Positions 14,301 to 27,986 of a DNA stretch of 64,000 nt are shown here, in pieces. Every line of letters begins with the position of its first letter. The first letter of the stretch is position 1. This DNA is from Lama glama (taxonomy: Eukaryota), in the NCBI GenBank assembly GCA_028534125.1, contig CM052822.1, positions 68,572,001 through 68,636,000 of the forward strand, written 5' to 3'. The notes below the pieces were generated by a model. It was not told the origin of the DNA, did not search any database, and was given only the letters and a program-made list of their open reading frames with translations. Position numbers and translations under genes: made by a program.

Positions 14301-14981
14301 TTAAGCCTTGCTTCCCAGAGGGTCTCCCAAATCTTGTCTGCTGTCCTTACTTCTCTTCCCATATTTTCATATTTATGGAAGCAGCGGAACACAGCTCCTG
14401 CTCTGTCAGTCCCTACGTCCCCTCACTGCCATTCACTTTCCCCCCCAGCCATGCTGCTGGTACTTATGCTCTTCCTCAAAGACTATGATCCTTGCTGCAT
14501 GCAGGCCATGGAGGGTGTAGTTTGGCACCTCCCTCCAGATACCTGAGTTTTGGTACCCAAGAGAAGGTACTGACCCAGTGAGCAAGAACTCCACCCCATC
14601 ATGAGGTGGTGGGAAAAGAAGTTGGGGAGATGATGAATGTATGTGTACTGGTAATTGTTGTTCCTGTTACACATGCTTATCAACAATGTGCTTAATTTGC
14701 TCAATTTCTGAATTTCTCAACTCATACAGTGCATTAAGAGAAGAATTAATTTGCTCAGGTTAACAGCTGCTACAGAAGAGTTTCCTCCCTCAGTGCCTTC
14801 CAGTGGCAATGTAGGCACAGTTCTGGAAAGCACTGAAAAAGGCCGTGTGCAGGAAAACAAAATGTTTGCGTCCCTGAGATGTGTCTGCTGTAGACTAGGA
14901 GTTGGAGCTGTGCTTAGTCTTGCAACTTGGAGGGGGAGGACATTTTGGGGGGAAAATGTCAGACCTGAGACTTTGAAACCA

Positions 14982-15206
14982 GAGTCCCTTAGCTGCTGCT
15001 TCCTCACTCACATGGCTTTTATGCCCTGGCTGGTCTGTCTGCCATCACGTCCAACTCTTCCCCTTTCTGAGTCCACCACGATCTTGTCTCTGAGACGCTC
15101 ACAGCTGCCTACACTTCTCTCTTCTCTCATGATGGTCCTGAGGAATCAGACTTGCTGGAGAATTCTGTGGAAGGTGGCCTGTGCTTGGAGGTCCTAGAGG
15201 CCGTGA
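14982..15206 (+). pseudogene. Decayed 3' remnant of a TAS2R5 paralogue (TAS2R6P-like position)
   Basis: Aligns by eye to 18505-18740, e.g. tctctgagacgctcacagctgcctacac vs tctctgagacactcgtggctgcctacat. Encodes QTCWRILWKVACAWRS* vs [17 protein letters not shown], with indels and TGG>TAG. Homology continues into the 3' flank. Confidence 0.8.
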
Positions 15207-16364
15207 CATGGGAGAGAGATCTAGTCGTCCTTACTCTAGATAACTGCCAACAGTGAAATTAGTTTACTGTAAAATTAAGTAAAGTTAATTAAATTTTTGT
15301 TCTCAATTCTTCTCCTCATTTCTTCCTTGATTTTGAAATAAAATGAGACGGTAACAGGACAAACAGAATAGAAACGTGAGCTGTTGCTCTCTAAGCAATG
15401 CAAAGTGCATTATTTTAATAAACTCCAGAATTCAAAACTGAGCTTTCATGTTTTGCATGGAAAGTATCACATTTTTCTAAATGACTGCAGATAATCCAGT
15501 TTTCTTCGCCAGTACCCTATGTCTCCCTGATAAAATGAAGTAGAAAATAGCTATAATTTTGAAATAAAGTGTGTTTAAACAAAAAAGGTGAATTTATGCA
15601 TTAATTGTTATGTAATTTTGGGGGAATTTTTCTTATTAGAATTAATTAATTATCTCAATTCTTTATGTGGTTTAGCTTTCTTAACACCACTCATAAAGTG
15701 ATCTATCAGGAAACCATCCTATTTTTCTGGTGGGTTTTTTTTTTTCCTTTGAGGTTAAACTAGGCATCCTGGATACACATCAGTTGGCCACTGCTCTTTG
15801 CATGAAGTCCCACTGCCCAGGACCTCGAGTGCTACAAGGTGGGAGAGAAGGGCAGTTGTGTCTGCTACCAGACAGTCACCATGGAAACCGGAAACCTTGC
15901 TCCTAGAGAGGTTCATGCCTCGTTCAAGCTTTCTGGCCTGTGGCAGCTGTGGCCTTCCCCTCTGCCTCTCCACAGCTGCAGCCAGAGCTCCCAGGCACCA
16001 GGTCTCACAGCTGGGTGAGGATGACATGCAGTGTGTGCCCCTGGAAGCAGGACGTGGACAGTGCACGCTGCCTGGCACACGATGAGCGCTCTGTAAGTCG
16101 TATCTAAATGAGTAGATATCTAGTTCTGCATCCATACATTATTAGTAGGGTGACTGGGGCCCAGGGATGTTGGCCTTCCTGTAGCTTCATGGAGGGCCCG
16201 AGGCAGCGCCGCGCCCAGACTCTGGGGCTTCTGACCTCTGATACAACTCTCTTTCCACTGCACCCACGCTGCCTTCCTGAGAAGCTCGCTGGCCTTTTTC
16301 CTTTCTATTTCAATTCTTCTTCCTCCTCGTTTCCTCATTGTTGTTTCTAGCCTGGCTTGAACAC

Positions 16365-17021
16365 TGTACTGGTTTTCTATTTTATGTGTAGCAAGACAAA
16401 CTTAGCAGCTTACAACCACATTTATCTATCTTGTCACAGCTTCTGTGGGTCAAGACTTCTGGCACAGCCTAGGTGGGCCCTCTGTGCAGGGTCTCACCAG
16501 TTGCAATTAAGATGTTGGCTAAAAAAAAAAAAAAAAAAAAAAAAAGATATTGGCTGGGCAGTGTTCTTGCTGGAACTCAAGGTGCTCTTCCAAGATCACT
16601 GGTTGTTGGCAGGATTCAGTTCCTTGCAGTTGTAGGACCAAGGTCCCATTTTCTTGCTGGTTGTCAGCTGGAGGGGCAATCTTAACATTCAGAGGCCTCC
16701 CACAGTTTTTCACCACGTGACTCACAACACAGCAGCTGGATTCTTCAAGGCCAGCAGGAGGGCCAAGTCCCTCTTCCAAGACATTAACTGGTTAAGTTAG
16801 GCCAACATAGGATAATCTCCCATTTGATGAACTGAGACTCAACTGATTTGTGACCTTAATCACATCTGCAAAAATGCTTTATCTTTGCCCTATAACATAA
16901 CCTAATCACAAGAGTACCATCCCCTGTTATTCACAGTCCCACCCCGCTCCAGGATTATTCAGGGTGTATACACCAAGGGGTGGGAATCTTGGGGGCCGTC
17001 TTAGAAATTCAGCCTCCCACA
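16365..17021 (-). mobile_element. MaLR MLT1-type solo LTR
   Basis: TGTA start, ggcaggattcagttccttgcagttgtaggac core, cacatctgcaaaa motif, ends gcctcccaca. Confidence 0.7.
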
Positions 17022-17847
17022 AATGCATGTGCCTTGGGCTGGTCCCAAGGAAGCTGGAATCTGGACAGTAAATGAAGCACTTTCCCTATATTTCTTCATA
17101 ACTGAGCTAGTCTTTTTCACTTCTTTGAGCTCATCTCCTTCCTCTAAGACCTTGATGTGAGATAGATGCTAAGTCAAGAGCATGTGGGCAATTGGTCATG
17201 AAGGACAGATGACATCAAAAGTCCTGATTAACAGTAATAGCTCCTCTATCTGACCTCTTGTATTTTTTACAATTTGGCACTTAAATATAATATGTTTTGG
17301 TTTCCTGATTGTTATCTTTCCCCAAACTTCCCCCACTTCCGTCTTTAATAATGAAGTATATTTTAAATTTCTGATTTATTCAGCTTTCAAGTGTATGTTC
17401 AAAGTTTTTTTTTTTATGAAAAGAAAGTTTCTTTTTTATTCATATGAGCTCACAGCTGGCACTGTATAGAAGCTGAGAATGTTTTGATCTGGTCTTTCTC
17501 ATTAAGAGATCTTATTATATTATGTGTTGGTATCTAGATGTTAGCCCATGACCCTTGAGAGGGAGAGTTTGTACCTGTGGTACTGTTTCAGATCTCTGAG
17601 TCTAGGATCAGGGCTCATTCAGAGTCCATGCATGTGGATGCAAATACAGAGGGGTTCTAACTTCTCTCTGTTCCTGGTCACAGCCTTTCAGTCTCTGCTT
17701 GAGGACAGGTTACAGAAGGGCAAGACCAAAGGCAAATTTTGTGATGTGAAAGTTTGTCGGGAGTGAGTGTGGTATCACCTTCAGGGAATCTGAAACTCAG
17801 CCACCATACACATTTACCAGCACTGAAGCAGTGAGAGACCCCCCAGG

Positions 17848-18740
17848 ATGCTGACTGCCGTCCTAGGACTGCTGGTGCTGGTGGCAGTAGCTAAATTTCT
17901 CACTGGCCTGGTTGGAAGTGGAGTCCTTGTGGTCTGGCATTTTGGGGAATGGGTCAGAAAACTCGAGGGGTCCTCATATAACCCCATTGTCCTGGGCCCG
18001 GCTGTCTGCTGATTTCTCCTGCAGTGCTTGATTGTGGTGGACTTAAGTCTGTTTCTGCTTTTCCAGGGCAGCCATTGGCTTCACTGTCTCAGTGTCTTCT
18101 GGGTCCTGATAAGCCAGGCCAGCCTGTGGTTTGCCACTTGCCTCAGTATCTTCTACTGTAGGAAGATCACAGCCTTTGAACACCCTGTCTACTTGTGGCT
18201 GAAGCAGAGGGCCTGTTGCCTGAGTCGCCGGTGCCTTCTGGTGTACCGCAGTTTGTTACTTACATTCCACGGTGGCTTAGAGCTCTGCCATTCTTCCAAA
18301 GGAAACAGCAGCGTTTTATCCCCCTTTCAGACTGGCACCATGTGTATACATTACAGTTCAGTGCAGGAAGTGTGTTGCCTTTCATGATGTTTCTTATTTC
18401 CTCTGGGATGCCGATGGCCTCTTTGTGTAGACACCACAGGAAGATGAAGGTCCACACAGCCAGCAGGAGAGTTCTTCAGGCCACGGCTCACATCACTGTG
18501 CTGAAGTCCTTGGGCTGTTTCCTCATACTTTACATAGTTTACTTCGTGGCCATCCCCTTCTCCATCACCTCCAAGTCTTTTCCTGCTAATTTCGCCACTC
18601 TCTTCATCTCTGAGACACTCGTGGCTGCCTACATTTCTCTCCATTCTGTCATCTGGATCACGGGAAATCCCAGGTTGAAGCAGACTTGCCAGAGAATCCT
18701 GTGGAAGACAGTGTATGCTAGGAGATCCTGGGGCCTGTGA
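17848..18740 (+). pseudogene. TAS2R5: TAS2R5 pseudogene (premature stop plus frameshift)
   Basis: ATG at 17848 gives [25 protein letters not shown]..., then TGA at codon 55 (18010-18012, position of the conserved TM2 Arg). The same frame resumes with [21 protein letters not shown] 1-nt deletion in the C run at 18320-18324 moves the rest ([12 protein letters not shown]...[19 protein letters not shown]) into the 18195..18740 frame. Confidence 0.93.
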
Positions 18741-20878
18741 TCTGGAGAGAAAGGAGTGGTCAGGAGACTCTTTTGAGATGCTCTTTTGATAGCTCTCCAT
18801 AAGGGAGCTGACTTGTATATCTTTAAAATTTTTCCTTCTTTGACACCAAATCAAAGATGGCAATAGGAAATACAGAATAAAGATCAGTACTGTTTCTCTC
18901 TTGGTAATGCAAAGTACATTATTTTAATGTATTGTAGAAATCCAGGCTGGGGCTTTATGTTTGGTAAAAGAGGTGTTATGTTCTGTTTACATACAGCAAA
19001 TAATTCATTTCTTTTAAAATTGCATATATAAGTTGGGTTTTTCCTATTGCACGAAACAGAGACTAAGAACAATTAATATAATGATTATTAATTTTTATGA
19101 AATTTGACCTGTCCATTAATATTAGTCATTTTAGATAAACTTACAGAAAGTATCAAATAATTTTCTTATTTTTCTTCTGTAGTAGGTCTAGTTATCTAAT
19201 TGAAAAACAAAACAAAACATCCTTTTATTTCTGGAAGCTTCTTTGAGCCCTAGACTTGCCTTTCAGGATAAAAGTTAGTTGGCTGCCGTGATGGGTATTC
19301 AGCTCCGATGCCCAGGACCTAGGGTGGGGCAAGATGGGAGTGAGGGGCACTTGCTTCGGCTCCCCTAAAGAACACTTTTCCCTGAAAAGGCCAAGCCTCG
19401 TTTTCTTAGGTCATTCAGCCATCCTTTGTCTCTCTACAGCCTCAAGTCAGCGTTTGGGCATGTTGGGTCTTTGAGTTGCAGGCAGATTTCATAGAATGTC
19501 AAATCCATGGCAGCAGGAAATGTGTCTGGTTTTATTTTTTCCTAGGTTCCTGCTGCCTAGAATCTTACATAGCCCACAACAAACACTTAATAAATATTTT
19601 CTAAATGATTGATTAGCTGTGTTAACCAGTCACATTATTCCTTGGCTATCTTTTAAAGAAATTGAAGCCCTCCCAGGGTTTCATAGGGAGCCTGTGGCAG
19701 TGCTGGGACCAGGACTGAGTTTCCCGACTCCTGGTTCAGGGCTGTTTCCTTTAAATCACACTGCTTTCCTAAAGAGCTGGCTTTGCCTTTCCTGCCTCTG
19801 AATCTCACCCCTCTTTCTACATATTTTCTTCGCCTTCTTTTTAAGCTTGCTTGAACACATTTCCTTTGGTTCCGTTCTGAAGGATCTGTAATCCAAAGGC
19901 CAATACTTGATATACTTAAAGTGTTTTTTCATTGCTTACTAATCATGCTAACCTACTTTCATTAACATGTTCTCCCTAACACATGTCTTTTCCTTACGCA
20001 AAGCAGTTCACGTGTGGATGTTAGGCATCGTTCAAGGGAGAGCTAGCTCTGCTGATGTCACTGAGTTGTGTGAGGTCGAGCACCATCTTTGTCTTCTGGA
20101 AATGATGATATTCATCCTTTTCAAGTAGACAGATGCTTCTCTTTGGTTACATTTTTTAGCAGTAGAATGAATTTTCTGTCACCCCATGTCAATTTTTATA
20201 CAGATGTCTGTTGTGACCAATTGTTACAATGATGTTAATAATCTAACATCTGTATTGGGCTTTACATTTTATCAGGTATTCTTATATATGGCCCATTATC
20301 TCATTTGATGTTTAATAGCAACTCTGTGAAGTTAGTAGTTCCACCCCCATTTTATAGATGATAAAACAAATGCTGGAGTGATGATTTTCTCAAGATTATA
20401 AACTAGTAAACAATGCAGATAAAACAGTCCCGAATTTTTGGACTCCAAGTATTGTGCTTTTTCCAGTAAACCTTAAGTTCTTCTTATTTATACTTCTAAG
20501 ACTTCATGCTGGGATTAGCCTGTGAAATGCTCAAGTTTATGAATATTTTTAAATAGGTGAAATAAGCAACTAATCTTAAGTTTGGTTTTGATAGGATGCC
20601 TGGGAGCCAAGATCCAAAATCATGCCTGGATGAAGTTTCTGTGATTTGCTTTTCTTAGGGACAAAACACTTGCATTTCCCCCATCACCTTTTGAGGTTGA
20701 ATTTCCTTCCTTTTCTGTATGTGATTTAGCGCATGATGGATATGAGGCTACTTTGTGTTTTAGCCAAGAAAACAAATCTGGAGGCAAATATGTGCTCTTG
20801 AATTGAATCTTGTGTAATTAAATCTTTTATAGTTTGCATATTCAGAGCTGCAGCTGGATCCATGCTTATGTGCGTTAA

Positions 20879-20902
20879 GTGTGTGTGTGTGTGTGTGTGT
20901 GT
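20879..20902. repeat. (GT)n microsatellite
   Basis: Directly visible. Confidence 0.9.
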
Positions 20903-21305
20903 AGGTAGGTAGGTATTACTAGCGTTCCTTTCTTTTATGGGGTATGATCTGTGATGGTACAGCCTAGAGGAGGACTAAAAAAGATTTACACAGAACAGAA
21001 AGGTAGAAAATGAACAGCAGCATTTCCCATTCCATTCCACTCCCCATTAGTAGTCCCACTGTCCGGATGTAGTCACGTTTCACTGTTTGTCTTAGTTCTT
21101 CTGGTGGTTACTTTCACAGCTCTAAATAATAAGATTTTGCTTCTCTCACTTGGTTTATCAACTTTAAACTGTAACTTCTGAATCCCATTCATCAAAGTTT
21201 AGGGAATCTCACTTAACCCCAAATCCATTCCCCTCTCCTAAATTTGCTTAATTTTTATTTACTTGTCATTTTTCCACTCACTAATTTTATAACTTTAAGT
21301 AATAC

Positions 21306-21448
21306 TTTTTTTTTTTTTTTCCTTTGGAGGGGAGAGGTAATTAGGTATTGAGTGAGTGAGTGAGTGGAGGTGCTGGAGATTGAACCCAGAACCTTGGGCT
21401 TGCTAGGCATGTGCTCTACCACTAGGCTGTACCCTTCCCCCCAGCCCC
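21306..21448 (-). mobile_element. tRNA-derived SINE, camelid Vic-1-like
   Basis: Minus strand has an A-box region (TAGTGGTAGAGC), a B box (GGTTCAATCT), a cctaattacctc tail motif and poly(A). Confidence 0.8.
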
Positions 21449-21879
21449 ATAATATGTTTCTAACTTTACTTTTTTGAACCATAACTTATGACAGTATCAC
21501 AGAATCTGAATTAGGTAGAAGGAAGAAATTAAGGCCTCAACTATCCTGTACTTTTTCCACATCCCAACTCAGGTATCCAACTCCATATGACTTAAGGAGA
21601 AAATAAATTTACTGGAAGGAAATTGGCTGGCTCACAGAATCAATGGAGACTGATCAATACTACAGAAATCCGGAAAGTTAACATCAGAATGAGAACCAAG
21701 AGGGTTTAAACAACTGAGAACACAACCAAGTCAACCACTCACATTTCAACTGTCAGCACTGTGTCCTTGACATTGCCACTACCTCTATGAATGTGTCCCT
21801 TTGAGTCATAGTGCCAAGGTCCAAAATCCTGGCCAAGAGCCTTTGGGTGGCTGATTCTAGGTCACACACCTGCCCTAGT

Positions 21880-23750
21880 CGACAGGTTCTGTGGCGAGGA
21901 AAAGTCTGATTCCCTTTAGGCTTCTGAAATACATATTTTAAAATTAGATGGAAGAAAGTACTCAACAATGAGAGTAATCAGCAAATTGAATACAGCTAAT
22001 GGTGAGTTAATAAACTGGAAGTTCAGCTCAAAGAACTCTCTCAGGAGGTATCAGGAAGCAATAAAAGGATGGAAAATGTAAAAAAAGAAAAAGAAATGGT
22101 ATATGGCACATAGAAATAACAGGGTAATTATATAACTGGAGTCCCAGGAGGAGATGGAAAAATGAACAAGAAGAATAAAATGTTTGAAAAATTAACAACC
22201 AAAAATTGCACTAGATTAAAGAAAGATAAAAAACTAGATTGAAAACTCTCAAAGGGGACCAGCAAGACAGATAAGGTCAGGGGAATCCTTCAAACTTAAG
22301 CACATTACAGAGGAATTTAAGAATATCAAAGACAAAAAGGATGTTTACAAAACTTTAAGAGAGAAAGAGCAGATCAAGAATCAGAGTGGCACTTCTCGGC
22401 AGAATGCAGAATAACAAATTTTGTATTACACTTTATTCTAGTAAATATTTTCTTATTTTCAAATAGTACCAAGAAGAAAAATTTCAAAATATTTTTCTGG
22501 CTAACAACATATTTCATATTGATTATATACAGGGAGTTGGTTATAAAGATAAAGTCTTTGTGGGTTGATGAGCATTGTTAGCAAATTCTGAAATGTTTTA
22601 TCAAAGACAATCTTGAAACTCTAAAGGATTTTGAAGGAATATGATATCATAATCACAACTGAATTAAGGGAGTCAGCATTGCATATAATTAGAGCTGATT
22701 CTAAGTGGGAAAAAGTATCTAGCAAAAATAATTGCCAGTGCTACAAAATTTGATAGACTAAAGTAAAAGAAATATGAGAAATAGATTTAAAAAATTAAGC
22801 ATACAGATTGAAGACAAAAGAAAAAAAAACTATCAGGGACAACTTACTCTCAATTGAAGAGGAAACCTTAGCAATATGTGAGCATTTTAAAGAACAAAGC
22901 TGAAAACTTTGCTAAGGTGCTTTCCTTTAGTGGGATCTAGTGGAATGGCTTCAAGAACTTCTGCATTCTACATTAAATACACAGTCACATATGAGCCAGC
23001 AATTCCTCTCATAGGTACATAGCCAAGAGAAATGAAAATATGTGTCCATATTAAAAGTTGCCAGTGAATGTTCATGGCAACATTGTTCACAGCAGTCGAG
23101 AAGTGGAAACAACCCAGATGTCCATCATCTGATGAACAGATACACAAAATATGGTGTGTGTGTGTGTGTATTCACACATACATATGCATTTCAATGGAAT
23201 AGTATTCGGCCATTAAAAGGAAAGAAGCCCTGGCAAAAGCTACAATATAGATGGACTTCGGAACATTATGTTAACTGAAAGAAGCCTGTCACAAAGACGA
23301 CATGTTATATGATTTCCTTTATGTGAAAGGCCCAGCGTAGGCAATTCTGTAGAACCAGAGAGTAGATTGGCAGTTTCCAGGTGCTAAAGGACAGAAGTAT
23401 TGGGTAGTGACTGCTTATGGGTATAGGGTTTTTCTCAGGGTCATGAAAATGTTCTAAAATTAGATAGTGGTGATAATTGCTTATGTTTGTGACTATATGA
23501 AAAACCACTGAATTATACACTTATAAAGACATAGTAAAGAAATTAAAAATGTAACTATTGGAAAAGAAGAAATAAAACTGTCATTATTTTAAGAGGCTAT
23601 GGTTGTCTACATAGAAAATCCCAATAATCTAAAAAACTTTAGGAAATGAGTTAATTTAGAAAGATAGCTATATGAGGTCAATACCCCCAAATTAATGTGT
23701 TTCTATGTAGTAGTATGAAACAATTAGTAAACATGGGTTTTTAGAAGACC
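21880..23750 (+). mobile_element. Old L1M fragments (ORF1-like part, L1MB-type 3' end, ORF2 fragment)
   Basis: A-rich ORF1-like stretch and L1 3' motifs ccagcaattcctctcataggta, aacaacccagatgtccatca, tatatgatttcctttatgtgaa. Confidence 0.7.
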
Positions 23751-23815
23751 ATTTTTCACAGCCTCTGGTATTCTGTAAAATTCTGGGGACGCTTTAAATA
23801 GTACAAGCTTCTGGG

Positions 23816-23995
23816 TGAAAATTAGTTTTAGATTCTCTATCTTGGCTGCATATGAGAATCACTTTGGCAGGTTACAGAGTGTCCCAAATGCCCAGGTCAT
23901 GCCCAAGAGCAATTACATCAGAATCTCTGAGATAGGACCAAGGCATTACATCTTTTAAAGCTTCCCAGATGATTCAGAAGTGCAAAGAAGGTTAA
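23816..23995. mobile_element. MER5A-like DNA transposon fragment
   Basis: cttggctgcatatgagaatcac...tcagaatctctg...ttttaaagcttcccagatgattc. Confidence 0.6.
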
Positions 23996-25164
23996 AAGGA
24001 GTTAAGTATTAATCTCATTGAAGTTTTCCGGATCTGAAATCAATTTAGGTAAGCATAGTATCATGTGAGATGAACTTATCTTGAATATAAGGTAAAAGAT
24101 TACTTGAAACAATAGATATCAACAATTTAGACCTTCTTTCTTTCGATAAGGTTTTGTAATTCACCACTGGGTATTTCTGAGGAACTAGTGAAAGAACTGG
24201 AGGAACATCTGATGACGGCAGCCATCACTCCAAGACCCCTAGCTTTGTAACTTGGCTTTGGGTTTTCCCAGTATCCCCACAGGAGCAGAGCCAATCCAAA
24301 TCCTTACTCCTGAGATTCACGTCCTAGATGTCCCTGGACGGATCCCTTATTCTCTTCCCTCCTTTTGCCCATTTGTCAGCATCACATTCTGGGTACATGC
24401 AGACTCAGGAACCACATTTGCGCACACTTTATTATTATCACCTGCATAAACACATTCTGCATCGTCACTTCCTCCCCTCTAATAGTAGCCTTTTCACTAT
24501 TCTTTGTTAATCATGTTATCTCTTGGAGAGCAGACACCACCTCCCAGCCACCTTTCAACTCCATTTTCTGCATTCCAGAGGGGAATTCTTAGAACCTGCT
24601 CAAGTTTGGGGGATCCTTGTCAAATGAATCTCAGTATGTACTCTCTTTAAGATGTTATTACCCCCGTACTCCCAATTCCACATTAGTTTATATATATATA
24701 TATATATATATATGGCACTTATTTGACATAATACATTTTTAAACTTAACTACTTGTATGCCTCACGAGGACAGGAATCTTTCTGCTTGTTTGTTTTCTTC
24801 CTTTATCTTCAGTGTTTAGAATAGCAGGTATTGTTGAATGATTAGTTAGTTATGGGCACAAAAATGAAACCATATCATATATACTATTTTGTAAATGAAA
24901 TTTTATACTTACAATTTTCATGTCATTGCATATTCTTTTACTGCACCATTTTAAATGATCACACATATTATTGTGTGTGGCAAGACTGTGGGTGCATTTT
25001 AAAAAAATAAGCAAGACTCTATAACCCCCCCAACCCCACTAGTTTTTTGCTGTCTACTCTGCTGCAACCAACATCCTTGTAAAACTTCAAAAGTAGAAGT
25101 CAGAGAATATGCATAATCCTAAGGTTTATCATAGACATTGCCAAATTTTCATAGCAAATGAAAA

Positions 25165-26600
25165 GGCACTTCCACCAGAGGTGGGGGGGTCCTCATTTTA
25201 AATAGGGTAGTCAGACGAGACTCACTGAGAAAATATTTAAACAAAGATTTTAGGAAGTGAGGGGAGCAGCCATGCAGGATTCTGGGGAAAGTGCAAAAGT
25301 TTTGAGGTAAGAAAGTGTCTAACGTGTTCAAGGAAGAGCAAGGAGGCCAGTGTGGCTGGAGTAGAGGGTGCAGTTGGAGATGAGGTCAAAGGGGCAAAGG
25401 GGTCTGTAGTTTTTAGAGGCCTTACAGATGAAGGCTTATGTGCAAATGTTATCTTTTATTTTCAGTGAGATGGGGAGCCATTGGAGGGTTTTCAGCAGAG
25501 GCAAGTGACAAGACTTGACTTACATTTCCATATATTGCTTTGGTAGTGTTGAATTTAATAAGGCAAAGTAGAAGCCTCAGACGAGTTGGGGTGCTACAGT
25601 CCTGCAGGTTTACCTGGAGGTAGCAGTGGAGACAGGAGGAAGTGGTAAATTGTCAAGATGTTTTGAAGGTGGAACTAGCAGAATTTACTTATAGACTGAT
25701 GTAAGAGAAGAGAGGAATCAAAAATGATTTCAAAATTTTTGGCCTGGGTAAATTGCAGGGTCATCAGCTTGCCATCAGCTTATGTGGGCAAGACTGTGGG
25801 TGAAGCAGGTTGACCTGGGGGCTAAGACTTGGAGTTCTATTTTGGACATGTTAAGTTTGAGATAAGCTATCAAAGTAGACTGTGAGAGTACGATATATGA
25901 GACTGCACGTCAAGGGAAAGTCCAAACTGGAGATAAACATTTGGGAATTGTTTGATTGTATATGGTATTTAAAATCATAAGACTGGTATAGATCACTCAG
26001 GAAATTGATATATACGGATAAAAGAAGGCCAAGACTAAAACTTGGGAAACTCTACGTTAAGAGGTTAGAGAGATGCGGTGGAATCAATAAAGGAGACTCG
26101 AAAAGAAGTAGCCAATGAGATAGATGGAAAAAAAGGTCATCATGTCCCAGAGGCCAAGTAAGGAAAATGTTTCCAGGAAGAGGGAATGACGTGCTTTTTC
26201 AGTTGGTGCTGATATGGTTGGGTAAAGTGAGAGCTGGACTTGATGTTTGGATTTAGAAATATCCAAGTCATGGGTGACTTTAGAAAGAGTAGTTTTAGAG
26301 GGAACACTTTGCAAAAGCCAGATGTGAGTTGGATCAAGAGCCTGGGATGGAGAGAAATTGGAGAAAGTGAAAATAGACAACATTTTCAAGGAGTTTTGCT
26401 GTAAACTGTAGGAGAGAAATAGTAGCAGTGGGTAGAGGACATGAAATCTAAATTTTTTTTAAGTGGGATATATAACAATATGGTTTTATGTTGATGAGAA
26501 TGGTAAGGGGGGTGTGCAGAGAGAGAGACTGAGACAGAGGAACAGAGAACAAAAGAGAAATGATACTGGGGTGATTTTCTTGAACAGAAGTGAAAGGGAT
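25165..26600 (-). mobile_element. L2 LINE fragment
   Basis: Typical L2 motifs gcaaggaggccagtgtggctggag, ggggagccattggagggtttt, ttttggacatgttaagtttgag. Confidence 0.75.
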
Positions 26601-27986
26601 GGTAACTAGTGAATAAGTGGCTTTATACGTGAGCTATTAGAACCCGCACGAAAGTTATCAGGAAAGCCTAGGTCAAAAAACAAAATCATTTATTAATAAT
26701 TTTCCAGCAAGGGAAAACCACTAAGAACAGAACATCAGTGATCTCACAGAAGGGAAGTTACAAAAGATTTTTTAAGGGTTAGCTCTTAGGATTATAAATC
26801 GGGTGATCTTTTCTGGGCAAGCTTTTGAAAATGGGCATGGAATAGGGATTGGTCACTTTTAATTGGCTTGGGAGCATAGAGTGGGAGTGGAGGAAACAGG
26901 GAACGGTTGCTCAGGGGGTAGAAAGTTTCGGTTACACTAGATGGGAAAGTTCTAGAGATCTGCAGTATGACAGAGTTCCTGTAGTTAACAATATGATATT
27001 GTACACTTTAAAATTATTGAGAGGGTAGATCTCATATTAACTGTTCGGTCACAAAAGAAAAAAAAAGCAAAAACTAAAGGCCACAGGGCAACGTGGAGAG
27101 GTGTCAGGATGTCTCTGTTACCTTGACTGTGGTGATGATATCACATGCAATTGCACATGTACAATCTCATCAAGTTGCACACGTTCAATATGTGCAGTTA
27201 TTTCTATATTAATTTGTTATGGACTGAGTGTCTAAAGCCTATGTGCTTTCCTTTTTTCCCTATAATAACTTCCTGTTAGGGAACAGAGATAATGGAACTG
27301 TTTCATTTATTTATTTCTTATTGAATTGATCCTAACCCTTTTAGAGACACACCAAGAAGACTTTGCCTTTCAATTCAAGCATATCTCTTTCCTTTCTGTT
27401 AGTTACAAAATAAATTCTTAATGGCAAGTGAGTTTTATGACTAGTGCTTTGTGGTTACAAGGTAAACACCGCTGAGTTTTTTTTGTCTACAGTTTCTTTT
27501 AATAGTGTTGATGCTATAATATTATCTGATAGTCTTGCTATTCCTTCCTATTCTGGTGCTGCATAATTACCTGAAAACTTAGTGACTTAAAACAGTAATT
27601 TATTATTGTCTCTCATGTGTATGTGGGTTAACTAGGCAGAACTATATGGTGTTTGCTCAGAGCTTCTCTGGCAAGTGCAGTCAGATGTTGGCTCCCTGGG
27701 GCCCTCCCACTGGCCAGTGACACTGCCTATTGGCTGCATCAGTGGAGCACCTACAATGAGTTCCTCATGAGGCTTGGGTTTCTCCTAGTATGTTAACAGG
27801 TTCTAAGAGCAAGCATCCTCAAAGTGCAAAAAGCAAAGCTTTTTGGTGGGGGGTGGGAGGTCTCAAGGAGGTTTGGATGCTATTCTAATAAGTTTAGAAT
27901 TTATTCTCAGGGCAATTGGGAACCATTGGGGGTTTTTACATCCCATTTTGAAAAGCAGTTCTTTTAGGGGATGTGGATTTAAAAGT

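Noticed and set aside
18028-18740. ORFs of 119 and 181 aa as separate genes
   Set aside because: They are the two frames of the frameshifted TAS2R5 pseudogene.
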